Source: Oscillospiraceae bacterium (GTDB lineage: Bacteria > Bacillota > Clostridia > Oscillospirales > Oscillospiraceae). From it: a stretch of DNA of 64,000 bases. A program made the position numbers and the translations under genes. The stretch lies in contig JAFQRK010000040.1 of the NCBI GenBank assembly GCA_017410075.1, forward strand, positions 78 through 64,077. Reading direction: 5' to 3'. Positions 20,699 through 30,110 of the stretch are shown here, piece after piece (the first letter of the stretch is position 1; each line of letters begins with the position of its first letter). The notes under the pieces were generated by a model, which made no database searches, had not been told where the DNA came from, and worked only from the letters and a program-made list of their open reading frames with translations.

Positions 20699-21804
20699 TC
20701 CTTCTCCTTTATCACCTTAACTCTGCCCAGCAGGACGCCCAATATGATGTACGGAATAATATTGGGGCTGGCGGCAAACATACCCAACTCCACCGACTGC
20801 TGCCAGAAGATCACGAAAAATGCGGAAATGGCACCCGCCACGCAAATATCGTCCCAATAGGGCAGCGTTTTCTTAATGATCACCATAAAAATACTGATCC
20901 ACAGGATATAGCCCACTACGCCGTAGGCCACCAGGCAGGCGATCGCGCTGTTGTGGTAGGTGCCAGCATCTACCATACCCGTACCAAACAGGAAATTTTC
21001 CGATATCGTCGTCAGAGACCATTTCCAGATCTCCTCCCGGCCGCTGAACATAGTCTTGCCGAACTCTTCCATGCTCCAGGTGTTCAGAATGTTCATATCC
21101 GCATTGGCCGCCACCACACATCCCAGCAGGGCTACGATCAGCGGAATATTCAGCGCCAGGAAAATAAGCCAGGTCTTGCGGAAGATTTTTTCAAACGGGA
21201 TGAAACGGAACAAGATCAGCAACGACAACACGATAGCAATGGAACACGACCGGGACTCCGTCGGCCACAGCAAAAACACATAGGCCGCACCTGCCAGTGT
21301 GAGCATGACCATACTCTTCGTATCGCGGATGCCATAATAGGGAATGGTGAAAACGAGGAAGCTGAACAGACCGATCATAGCAATGGAATTGTCATTCCAG
21401 CCCGACAGCGCTGTCATATAGTTATAAATAAACAAGATCGCCAGACCCAGTCCGCCATAGGCCAAGCTGACCAGATACAGATCTTCCTTTTTCGGCCGGG
21501 TACGGGACAGAATATAGGTCAGCAAAAACACCCACAGATAATGGAAGCTGACGGCCTTATAGCCTTGCAGGTAGGAAACCAGCGCAAACAGCAGCACCGC
21601 ACAGAACACTGTCAGAAAATGCGCCTTAGGGACGCTCCAACCCCGTCGGGTACGGCATTCCCAGGTAAATACCAGAATCGCCGCTGCCAGCGCAAGTATC
21701 CGGGCATATTCAGTTGTGTGGTAAGCGTTGCCCAGACCCGTGCCATTAAGCAACGCGATCAGCCACAGGAAAACCATACCGCCGGTATACAGAATTGAAC
21801 TCAT
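20680..21804 (-). CDS. Wzy-like polymerase / O-antigen-ligase-family membrane protein
   Basis: About 10-11 TM segments; NDNS, SR, SGREEIW, FGTG, HNS...YGVVG (Wzy_C/WaaL pattern). Confidence 0.75.
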   Translation of the reverse strand: MSSILYTGGMVFLWLIALLNGTGLGNAYHTTEYARILALAAAILVFTWECRTRRGWSVPKAHFLTVFCAVLLFALVSYLQGYKAVSFHYLWVFLLTYILSRTRPKKEDLYLVSLAYGGLGLAILFIYNYMTALSGWNDNSIAMIGLFSFLVFTIPYYGIRDTKSMVMLTLAGAAYVFLLWPTESRSCSIAIVLSLLILFRFIPFEKIFRKTWLIFLALNIPLIVALLGCVVAANADMNILNTWSMEEFGKTMFSGREEIWKWSLTTISENFLFGTGMVDAGTYHNSAIACLVAYGVVGYILWISIFMVIIKKTLPYWDDICVAGAISAFFVIFWQQSVELGMFAASPNIIPYIILGVLLGRVKVIKEKECQELV

Positions 21805-21836
21805 AATTTCACCTTAATGTAATTGCTATTGAACTC

Positions 21837-22703
21837 TTAGATCCCCCGAAACAGCTTGTAGTACACTATGAAAAACATTCCGGGGACTATGGCCACCGCC
21901 ACAAGGATCTTATGTTTTCCGTCATATTTCAGTTCTTTTCGCCTGCAGATCCAGCGGAAGCACCAATATTTGCCCCCGTGCACGATCCGCTCTTTCCAGC
22001 CTTGCTGCAGATCAATCCGCTGCAGAAAATATAAACAGTAGCCGCTAGGATTTTGCTTCATCAGCCGGGAAGCATCACTGGAGTAACCGTCCGCTTGATA
22101 CTCGCAAACGGTGACGGTTTTGGGAAGCAGCGCAAATATTCCTTCCTGATCCATTTGGTCATAGACCACACACTCCGTCACAAACCGTTCGCCGGAAAAT
22201 ACCGGAAACGGGAAACGGCGCGCAAACGCAGTTTGAAACGCAAGAGAAAACTCGCCCCGACATCCAAATTCCCCGGCCAACCGGTGCATTTTGGTCTGCT
22301 GCAGGTCCTCCGGAAAATGGTCGCTCAACAGCCTTCCGTCCAAGTCTTCCTTGTACGCAACAATGCCGCTTTCGCCATTCAGCCGGGTAATTTTTTCTTC
22401 CAGTGCAGCTATGGCGCCCTCTGCCAACAGATCGTCAGAATCCACACAGAGAAACCATTCTCCCGCTGCCTGCTCCAACGCCAAATTGTGGGCAGTATGC
22501 TTGCCGCCATTTTCTTTCCTTATGTACCGGATATTGATTTTTCCCTCGTCAATAAACGACTGAACAACGGTCTGTGTATTATCTGCAGATCCATCGTCTA
22601 CGATCAGCCACTCAAAGTCGCCGCGGGTCTGATCGCACAAGCTGCGGTACAGCCGGGGTAATGTTCCTGCCCGATTATAGGCAGGGGTAAAAACTGTCAG
22701 CAT
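21837..22703 (-). CDS. GT2 glycosyltransferase
   Basis: TVFTPAYNR, VDDGSAD, ENGGKHTA, VDSDD. Confidence 0.9.
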   Translation of the reverse strand: MLTVFTPAYNRAGTLPRLYRSLCDQTRGDFEWLIVDDGSADNTQTVVQSFIDEGKINIRYIRKENGGKHTAHNLALEQAAGEWFLCVDSDDLLAEGAIAALEEKITRLNGESGIVAYKEDLDGRLLSDHFPEDLQQTKMHRLAGEFGCRGEFSLAFQTAFARRFPFPVFSGERFVTECVVYDQMDQEGIFALLPKTVTVCEYQADGYSSDASRLMKQNPSGYCLYFLQRIDLQQGWKERIVHGGKYWCFRWICRRKELKYDGKHKILVAVAIVPGMFFIVYYKLFRGI

Positions 22704-22704
22704 A

Positions 22705-23415
22705 TTATTTCCTCTTTAACCAACGGAAGCAATCTTTTCCAAAGATGCGCCGCAGAAAACGCGTGATTTTGCTTCGAAACCGCACTGCCGGTGATACCCA
22801 AGATTTATTAAACCAATGAATTGCCGCAGTATTCGCCGTTTTGTGCAGGATGCCCGTTGCATTGTCATAAGGGCAAAATACATCTTGCGGATATAGTGCA
22901 AACCCGTCGACAATCTGAAATTTCCCGTTGGGAACGAAGCCTTTTTCGGTCAGCATTTGCGTGATGATGATCACATTTGTTGTCGTATCAATGGTACCGT
23001 CTTCCTTAACGAACGCTCTGTCTGTATAATAAGACAGCAACTCCTCAAAAAGCGGAAATTTTTGCTCACCGGCCATAATTCCCGTGGGAATATGTATCTC
23101 TGATTCAAAGCCGGAAAAGCCATGATTGTCCAAAAATACATCCAGATTTTTTGTCAGCTCTACATCGGTATCCATGTAGATGCCGCCCTGAGTATACATT
23201 GCATAGAGCCGTACGAAATCTGTTACAAAAGCAAACTTTTTGTTTTCGTATGCCTCTTTGACATATCTGCAAGTGTTAATGTCAAAGCTTTCCTCATCCC
23301 AGCGGATGATCTCATAATCCGGGCAAAACTTTTCCCAGCTGGCTATGCACTTTTTCGCCAGCTCCGGCAATTCCTTTCCGCCAAACCAGCAATAATGGAT
23401 CTTCTTTGGTATCAT
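22705..23415 (-). CDS. GT32 (DXD) glycosyltransferase
   Basis: MIPKKIHYCWFG, AFVTDFVRL, GGIYMDTDVE. Confidence 0.9.
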   Translation of the reverse strand: MIPKKIHYCWFGGKELPELAKKCIASWEKFCPDYEIIRWDEESFDINTCRYVKEAYENKKFAFVTDFVRLYAMYTQGGIYMDTDVELTKNLDVFLDNHGFSGFESEIHIPTGIMAGEQKFPLFEELLSYYTDRAFVKEDGTIDTTTNVIIITQMLTEKGFVPNGKFQIVDGFALYPQDVFCPYDNATGILHKTANTAAIHWFNKSWVSPAVRFRSKITRFLRRIFGKDCFRWLKRK

Positions 23416-24224
23416 TTCGTCAAACTCCCCAGACGCTTTTTGTGCAGCTTTTCATACAGCCACGCAGGCATCAAGCCCACCAAAATCGGCCGCAGACTGC
23501 GCAGATAATTGTATGCCGGCAGCTTCAGCAGCCGCACCGCCTTGCACAGTACCCGGGCCTCATTGATACGATAGCGGAATTTTCTGCGGCCAAAGGCATT
23601 GCGGTCATCCCGCATCTGATACAGCGGCTCATCCAGATTCATTCCCCGGTAACCGGCGGCATAGAGCTTGACCCACAGATCGTAATCCTCAACCCGCAGA
23701 TACTTATCATCGTCGGTATAGCCGCCGACCTCCTCCATCGCCGCCCGGCGCACCATACAAGGTGCGTGGCAGAAGGGGGTGCCGTGCGGGAAATCGGATT
23801 TTGTAGGAAACAGAATCACATGTCCTCTGCCCCACTGGCCACCCTCATCAAAATAAGCCATTGCCGTACTGACCACCGCCATATCAGGGTTCGCCTGCAA
23901 CGCTTGAATTTCCTTTTCAAACCGATCCGGCGAGCAGAGATCATCGCCATCCATACGGGCCACAAATTCGCCGGAGGCCTGGGCCAGACATCTGTTCAGC
24001 GTATAATTCAGCCCCATATTCTTCTCGTTCTTCAGAAGAACGATCTTCTCAGGAAACTGCTGACGGTAGTGCTCCGCCACAGCATATGTACGGTCTTTGG
24101 AGCCATCATCGCACAGGATCAGCTCCCAGTCGGTATATGTCTGGGCAAGAATGGACCCAATGGCTTCCGACAGCGTCCCCGCGCAATTGTAGATCCCCAT
24201 TAAAACAGAGATTTTTTTCTCCAT
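23412..24224 (-). CDS. GT2 glycosyltransferase
   Basis: SVLMGIYN, CDDGSKD, ARMDGDD, EDYDLW. Confidence 0.9.
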   Translation of the reverse strand: MEKKISVLMGIYNCAGTLSEAIGSILAQTYTDWELILCDDGSKDRTYAVAEHYRQQFPEKIVLLKNEKNMGLNYTLNRCLAQASGEFVARMDGDDLCSPDRFEKEIQALQANPDMAVVSTAMAYFDEGGQWGRGHVILFPTKSDFPHGTPFCHAPCMVRRAAMEEVGGYTDDDKYLRVEDYDLWVKLYAAGYRGMNLDEPLYQMRDDRNAFGRRKFRYRINEARVLCKAVRLLKLPAYNYLRSLRPILVGLMPAWLYEKLHKKRLGSLTK

Positions 24225-24234
24225 ATGTAACCTC

Positions 24235-25383
24235 TTATAAGCAATTCATCAGCCGCTTCCGGTCTTCCAGGATGTATTCCTCCAGCTTCGTCTGTTCAAA
24301 TCCCTCCGCACCGAAGGAATGTGCCCGCTGTGCGAAACGCTTGCGCAGTTCCGGATCCTCCTGTAGCTTCCGCATTCCCGCATACAGCGATTCGATGTTC
24401 TCTTTTTCCACCACGATGCCCGTTTCATTGGGGAGCATAGCGTCCGTCGGGCCGGGAATGTCTGTAACGATCACCGGGACGCCCATCGTCTCTGCCTCGA
24501 CCACAGCGCTGCCGAAGCCTTCCCGATGGCTGGGCAATATGTACACATCCATTGCCGATAGGTACTGCTCCACCACATCGGTATATCCGCAAAACAGCAC
24601 CCGTGGCTCATTTTCTGCCCAGGTCAGCAATTCCTGATCCAAGGTCTCCGTTTTCTCCAAATATCCCACCAGCATCAGCCAGGCATCCGGCTTTTCTTCC
24701 AGGATGCGCTTACCGGCGGCAAACAGTTCATTGACGCCCTTATCACCGGTGATGCGACCGATAAAGCCGTAGACGAAATCATACTCGCCAATTTCACATT
24801 GCTGACGAACTGCTTTCCTCCACTGCTCCTTATGGGCAATGTCGAATTTCTGCAGATTCACGCCGCAGGCGCTTCCGCTGCCGATGACGCCGCTTTTTTT
24901 CTCAGGATACAAACCCTCCGCGTGGCTGAATTTCAAATTGCCGAAACTATCCGGCTCAATCCAGGTAGACCAACGGCAAATAATCTTTTCGAGCATTTTG
25001 AAGAATCTGCGTTTCATTCCCGTGAAACCCACATAGGCAATGCCCCACTGGCAGTAAAGCCGCACAGGTACCCGGGCGATCTTCGCTGCGAAGGATGCGT
25101 AAAACGACGCATTGGGTGTCGAGTACTGCACCAGATCAAATTTCTCCTTGCGGAACACCTTGATCATTTGCATCATTGCCTTAACGCCGGCAATATTCAC
25201 ACCGCGCTGCATCGAGATGGGGATATACCGAACGCCCTCCGGGAGCTGCTCCTGCAGCTGGGGATCTTCGTGACAGATCACGGTGATCTCCCAATCGGTG
25301 TGCTCCTTGAAATAACGGATGATCGGCAGGACAAACGCGCGGATGGTCAATGATACAGTTGTAACAAAACAAAGCTTCTTCAT
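24235..25383 (-). CDS. GT4 glycosyltransferase (CapM/PglA-like)
   Basis: STPNA, GRITGDKG, PSHREGFG...EA (E-x7-E motif). Confidence 0.9.
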   Translation of the reverse strand: MKKLCFVTTVSLTIRAFVLPIIRYFKEHTDWEITVICHEDPQLQEQLPEGVRYIPISMQRGVNIAGVKAMMQMIKVFRKEKFDLVQYSTPNASFYASFAAKIARVPVRLYCQWGIAYVGFTGMKRRFFKMLEKIICRWSTWIEPDSFGNLKFSHAEGLYPEKKSGVIGSGSACGVNLQKFDIAHKEQWRKAVRQQCEIGEYDFVYGFIGRITGDKGVNELFAAGKRILEEKPDAWLMLVGYLEKTETLDQELLTWAENEPRVLFCGYTDVVEQYLSAMDVYILPSHREGFGSAVVEAETMGVPVIVTDIPGPTDAMLPNETGIVVEKENIESLYAGMRKLQEDPELRKRFAQRAHSFGAEGFEQTKLEEYILEDRKRLMNCL

Positions 25384-25497
25384 TCTATCTTCCTCGCAGG
25401 TACGAATACAGAGGTCTCAGGGGTCTAAATCGGTCAATTTGACCGCGATTTTCAGCAAAATTCCATTTTTTGCAATATGCCCATAGTATGACACTTT

Positions 25498-25526
25498 ATT
25501 ATAGCATTTTTTTAGGCGGAATGCAA
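25498..25526 (-). promoter_or_regulatory. Sigma-A promoter of the large glycan operon
   Basis: Minus strand TTGCAT-17 bp-TATAAT with an extended TG. Confidence 0.7.
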
Positions 25527-25649
25527 CAAAATTTTAACATTTTCGTAACGGTTTCTTGCGCAAAATTGTCAAAAAATTGCAAAAATTGCCCCGGATTTTA
25601 TAGCAAAATCCGAGGCATCTTTGCTTGTGCGAAAATTGTATTTTTCTGC

Positions 25650-26663
25650 CTATTTCAGGCATCTCCTAATAGGGCTTTTTATCCCATCCGATATGTAGTG
25701 GATTACGACACTGGCAAACGCAGTTGCAGCCAATGCTGCCACAATACCGACGGCAATATTAGGTGCAGCCCAAATCAGAGAGGTATTGTATCCAATAAAC
25801 ATACAGTGCGTCAAATATACCTCATAGGAATATTTATCTGCTATTTTTAGCATTTTACTGTATGTCTTTACCGGCGTAAATGCCCGATACAGCCAATAGA
25901 ATAACACAAAGCCCACAATTGTCTGCGTATAGACAAACATCAGCTCTGCCACCGCTTCGGGAATTCCGATATTGGGAGTATAGCGGACCCACGCAACCAC
26001 TACTATCGCTGGTAGAGACAGCACTGTAAACAGCCGCATAACCGGCCTGATTTCTTTTTCTGCAATGCTGTATCTTTTGAAAACAAAATAAGGCAGATAA
26101 AATCGCAGCAAAATTCCCGTGCTAAGCAATGTAATTCCCGTTAATTTCTCAGCAAGCATTGTCACGCCCTGCAGTGCCACAACAGACGCGGCCATAATTG
26201 CCCAAAATGCGAATTCCGAACCTTTTTTGCAGTTGATTTTCTGTAAAAGCGGAACTGTCAAGTAGAAAAACAGCAGATAGGTCAAAAACCACAGTTGCAC
26301 GAACATAAATGAATTTCTGGCATACACCTGCAGCCCTACGCAGGACAAAACTGTGCCCCAAGCCTTTTCTGCATTGAGTTCTCCTCTGATTCCAAATATA
26401 CCCAGAACAACTGCGCCTACCAGCACGCTCGGGATAATAATTTCCAGGAATCTATGCAAATACCATTTAGGAACATTTGTGATATCCCTTTGCGAATACA
26501 GAAAAGCAGATATGCAAAAGAACATCACCAAGCCCAAATTCAGCCAATCGGTAATCATATGTATCGGTGCATAAAGCCTCTCCATTTGCTGCGTAATATG
26601 TAGGATCACTACAGCAGCCGTGCAGATCAGTCGTATCGCAGATATTTGAATATTTCTTTTCAT
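25650..26663 (-). CDS. Acyltransferase family 3 (membrane O-acyltransferase)
   Basis: R-x-x-C-x5-H, FFCISAFL, LWFL, SYEVYLTH; about 10 TM segments. Confidence 0.85.
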   Translation of the reverse strand: MKRNIQISAIRLICTAAVVILHITQQMERLYAPIHMITDWLNLGLVMFFCISAFLYSQRDITNVPKWYLHRFLEIIIPSVLVGAVVLGIFGIRGELNAEKAWGTVLSCVGLQVYARNSFMFVQLWFLTYLLFFYLTVPLLQKINCKKGSEFAFWAIMAASVVALQGVTMLAEKLTGITLLSTGILLRFYLPYFVFKRYSIAEKEIRPVMRLFTVLSLPAIVVVAWVRYTPNIGIPEAVAELMFVYTQTIVGFVLFYWLYRAFTPVKTYSKMLKIADKYSYEVYLTHCMFIGYNTSLIWAAPNIAVGIVAALAATAFASVVIHYISDGIKSPIRRCLK

Positions 26664-26824
26664 TTCTCGCTCCTTAGCTTTTATCCGTCCGCCAGAATGT
26701 CATCATTAATCTACCATACTGCAATCTAATTTGCAATATATGATTCGATTTCGAGCCGTATATAGATAAAGCACTGTGCTTGTGACCTCCCAACCCGGAA
26801 TTCACAGCCCGAAGGCTGCCAACG

Positions 26825-26861
26825 AAAAAAGACAGCCAGCCGAAAGGCTGACTGTCTTTTT
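26825..26861. terminator. Terminator-like hairpin
   Basis: AAAAAAGACAGCCAGCC-gaaa-GGCTGACTGTCTTTTT. Confidence 0.7.
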
Positions 26862-26887
26862 GAGGCTAGCGGTACTGAAAAATATAT

Positions 26888-27764
26888 CTACTTATTTTTT
26901 GCATACAACATCTCAAAGAAAGCGGAATTTTCATTGACGATCCTGTTTGGCAAAATCAAAGTAAAGAAATCATCACACTTCAAACGCCACAAGCCAAAAA
27001 ACAGATTTCTTATGCTTCATAAAATCGTATTCCAATTCCAAATCGGTGTGGCGCAAACGAACAACCAAAAGTTCGTCGAAAATCAGCATCTGCAGTATTC
27101 CTTGATGATTCTTTATGTATCCGTCCAAAGTGTCGAAAAAGGAAAATTTGCTTAAAACAAGACAGAATACGATAATGGCAGCAGCTACCATTACCAGCCA
27201 AACATTCCAAAACACAACGGCCATTAACAAAAACACAATTGCAGCAATGATAAATACAATCATTCTTTCACCAAAAAGATAATCAAACCATAACAACTGC
27301 TTTACTTCCCTGTCGGTAAGTGAAAAAGATATTTGCCAAAGCGGTTGCTTTTCTGATTTGTATCTTTCATCAACATCTTCTTCCGGATAAGAAATCGGGG
27401 AATTAACCGAAAATCGCCATCGACAGCGCCTTTTCAAGAATGTTTCAATATCGTATAGTTCCGTATTGTGTTTTTCGCTGTTCCCAACAGAAACAGAAAT
27501 ATAAAGACCTTCCTTTAAGTAAAGGATAATCCCGTCTTCGAACATTTCCACGATTTAAATATCTTTGTATAAGAACCCTCTCCTGGTCTTTAAATGAGAA
27601 CAAACAAAATTTTCATATGTGAATTTCAAAGTATAATATTCGTTTTGCTTTAACTGAAACAGTGGCGAAAAGGTGCCATTTACATGCCTTATCATTGAAT
27701 TTTGGTTTCCAAAAGAAACGCGAATGCGAAAACACGCGTTCTTATCGTTGTAAAATAAGCCCAT
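26888..27764 (-). pseudogene. Degraded AT-rich membrane-protein gene (YcxB-like motifs)
   Basis: ORFs 27555-27764 and 26973-27551 are in the same frame, separated by one TAA (YKDI*IVEMFED). After a frameshift near 27000 the frame continues GLWRLKCDDFFTLILPNR...AKNK to a TAG at 26888. Confidence 0.6.
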
Positions 27765-27921
27765 TAAATCACCACCTTTTAGTGACTTTAATTATATCAT
27801 AACAAGTAAAAAACACAATGAATTTAGTTCAAATCCTCCCCAAAGGTCGATTTTGGGAAATGATATCTTTTCCGGTGCTACATTATGGTTGTGAAAGACA
27901 CACGCGAGCCTACGCCCTGTT

Positions 27922-28047
27922 GCGGTGCCCGATAAAATCTTCGGGCTTGCGCTTTTCCTCGATTTTATCGACCGCTGCACACAAAGCACCTGCACTTCAT
28001 CTGCCACTGGCAGCGTGCAGGTACTTTGTCCCAACGAGCTACGCTCG
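27922..28047. repeat. Multi-hairpin REP/MITE-like element
   Basis: Stems GCGGT..CGATAAAATC/GATTTTATCG-ACCGC, ACAAAGcACCTGCAC/GTGCAGGTaCTTTGT (inner CTGCCA/TGGCAG) and CGAGC/GCTCG. Confidence 0.55.
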
Positions 28048-28088
28048 CCCCGCTCATAACCCGGAGGTCGGCTGGAATCTTTCTTCAT

Positions 28089-28132
28089 AACCAAAGAAAA
28101 CACCACCCGTTTGGGTGGTGTTTTCTTTGGTT
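28089..28132 (-). terminator. Perfect 20-bp hairpin overlapping the tRNA 3' end
   Basis: AACCAAAGAAAACACCACCC-gttt-GGGTGGTGTTTTCTTTGGTT. Confidence 0.75.
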
Positions 28133-28203
28133 GCGGAGGCAGGACTCGAACCTACGACCTCCGGGTTATGAGCCCGACGAGCTTCCAACTGCTCTACTCC
28201 GCG
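28128..28203 (-). tRNA. Initiator tRNA-fMet (CAT)
   Basis: CGCGGAGTAGAGCAGTTGGAAGCTCGTCGGGCTCATAACCCGGAGGTCGTAGGTTCGAGTCCTGCCTCCGCAACCA: C1:A72 mismatch, GGG/CCC anticodon stem, encoded CCA. Confidence 0.97.
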
Positions 28204-28386
28204 ATATGAGCGCACACCTTGAGTGCCTGCATATTGTAGCACGGCAGCGCGGGTTTGTCAACCCCTTTTTACGGGAACTGCGCGCCGCCACACCCTATTA
28301 TATCCATTCTGTCTTTTCTTATACCTGATTGCAAAGCCGGCCGGAGTATGGTATCATTAATACACAAACCTACGGGAGCTGATCAT

Positions 28387-30081
28387 ATGCCTGTCGAACT
28401 GAAAACTGCCCGGGGCGAGGCTCTGCTAAAAAGTAACGCTACCCCCTGGGCTGTCTATCCCCGTCCCCAGATGCGCCGGGATTCCTATCTGAATTTAAAT
28501 GGCTGCTGGGATTATACCTTAGTCTCCCACGGTGATTTGCCGCAGCAATATCCCCTTAAGATCCGCGTACCGTTCTGCCCGGAAAGCCAGCTTTCCGGTA
28601 TTGGCGAGCACCCTCAGGACGGACATTTCATCTGGTATCACCGGTCTTTCACATTGCCTGAAGGCTTCAACAAAGGCCGCGTCTTGCTGCATATTGGCGC
28701 AGCAGATCAAACCACACAGATTTATGTAAACCAACAATATTTGACTGAGCATTGGGGCGGTTACGATTCCTTCTGCGTGGATATCACCGATGCGCTGCAG
28801 GAAAACAACGAGCTGCTGATCCGCTGCCGGGACGATCTGCGCAACAAAACCTTCCCCTACGGCAAGCAGACCCTGAAGCGGGGCGGAATGTGGTACACTC
28901 CGGCGTCCGGCATCTGGCAGAGCGTATGGCTGGAAAGTGTGCCGGAGCATTATATTGAAAAGCTGCACATTGAAAATCAGGGTCTTGGCGTCCGGATTTC
29001 CATCCAGCCCCAGCTGGATGGCACGGTCACCGTCCCCGGCGTGGGAGAATTTGCTCTTTCCGACGGAAAAGCGCAGATCACACCGGAAGATCCCCATTTG
29101 TGGTCGCCGGAAGATCCCTATCTGTACGATTTTTCCGTGGAAACGGCGGAAGATCGGATCGAATCTTACTTTGCGATCCGCACGCTGGACATTCAAACCA
29201 TCGACGGCTATCCCCGGCTGTGTCTCAACGGCAAGCCCTACTTCTTCCACGGCCTGCTGGATCAGGGCTACTGGCCCGACGGCCTGTTCACCCCGGCTGC
29301 AGCGGAATGTTACGCCGAGGATATCCTTGCGATGAAAAAACTGGGCTTCAACACCCTACGCAAGCACATCAAAGTTGAGCCCGAGGAATTTTACTACCAG
29401 TGCGACAAGCTGGGTATGGTGGTTTTTCAGGATATGGTCAACAACGGCGACTACAATTTCCTGCGGGATACCGCTCTGCCCACTATCGGCTTGCAGAAGC
29501 TGAATGACCGGCATTTGCATCGAAACAAGCTTACCCGCCACCTTTTCCTGAAGAGTATGGAAGCAACAGTAAATCAGCTGAAAAACCACCCCTGTATCTG
29601 CTACTGGACCATCTTCAACGAGGGCTGGGGTCAGTTTGACAGCGACAATGTCTGCGAAAAGTTCCGCCAGCTGGACAGCAGCCGATTCATCGACGCCACC
29701 TCCGGCTGGTTCCGCCGGCACAATACGGATGTGGACAGCCGCCACATATATTTCAAGCCCGTGAAGCTGACTGCCGGGGACAAGCCTCTTGTTCTGTCGG
29801 AATTTGGCGGCTATTCCTACACGCCGGCCGGCCATGTTTTCAACACTGAGAAGACCTATGGCTACGGCAAGTTTGCCGATCAGGCAGCCTTTGCCGACGC
29901 GGTGGAAAAATTGTATCTGGAGCAGATCGTCCCGGCATCCCACAAGGGCCTTTGCGCCGCAATTTACACACAGGTTTCCGATGTTGAGGACGAAACCAAC
30001 GGTCTGCTGAGCTATGACCGGAAGGTGTGCAAGCTGGATGCGCAAACAATGCAGAAAATTGCAGAAAAGGTGAAATTTTAA
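28387..30081 (+). CDS. GH2 glycoside hydrolase (beta-galactosidase/glucuronidase family)
   Basis: YPRPQM, LDQGYWPDG, RKHIKVE, WTIFNEGWGQ, LSEFGG, YTQVSDVE. Confidence 0.92.
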   Translation: MPVELKTARGEALLKSNATPWAVYPRPQMRRDSYLNLNGCWDYTLVSHGDLPQQYPLKIRVPFCPESQLSGIGEHPQDGHFIWYHRSFTLPEGFNKGRVLLHIGAADQTTQIYVNQQYLTEHWGGYDSFCVDITDALQENNELLIRCRDDLRNKTFPYGKQTLKRGGMWYTPASGIWQSVWLESVPEHYIEKLHIENQGLGVRISIQPQLDGTVTVPGVGEFALSDGKAQITPEDPHLWSPEDPYLYDFSVETAEDRIESYFAIRTLDIQTIDGYPRLCLNGKPYFFHGLLDQGYWPDGLFTPAAAECYAEDILAMKKLGFNTLRKHIKVEPEEFYYQCDKLGMVVFQDMVNNGDYNFLRDTALPTIGLQKLNDRHLHRNKLTRHLFLKSMEATVNQLKNHPCICYWTIFNEGWGQFDSDNVCEKFRQLDSSRFIDATSGWFRRHNTDVDSRHIYFKPVKLTAGDKPLVLSEFGGYSYTPAGHVFNTEKTYGYGKFADQAAFADAVEKLYLEQIVPASHKGLCAAIYTQVSDVEDETNGLLSYDRKVCKLDAQTMQKIAEKVKF

Positions 30082-30082
30082 C

Positions 30083-30110
30083 AAAACCGGGGCGAAATCG
30101 CCCCGGTTTT
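30083..30110. terminator. Bidirectional terminator
   Basis: AAAACCGGGGCGA-aa-TCGCCCCGGTTTT between convergent genes. Confidence 0.8.

Noticed and set aside
27792-28328. Short ORFs overlapping the tRNA region
   Set aside because: They are translations of the tRNA and the adjacent palindromes.
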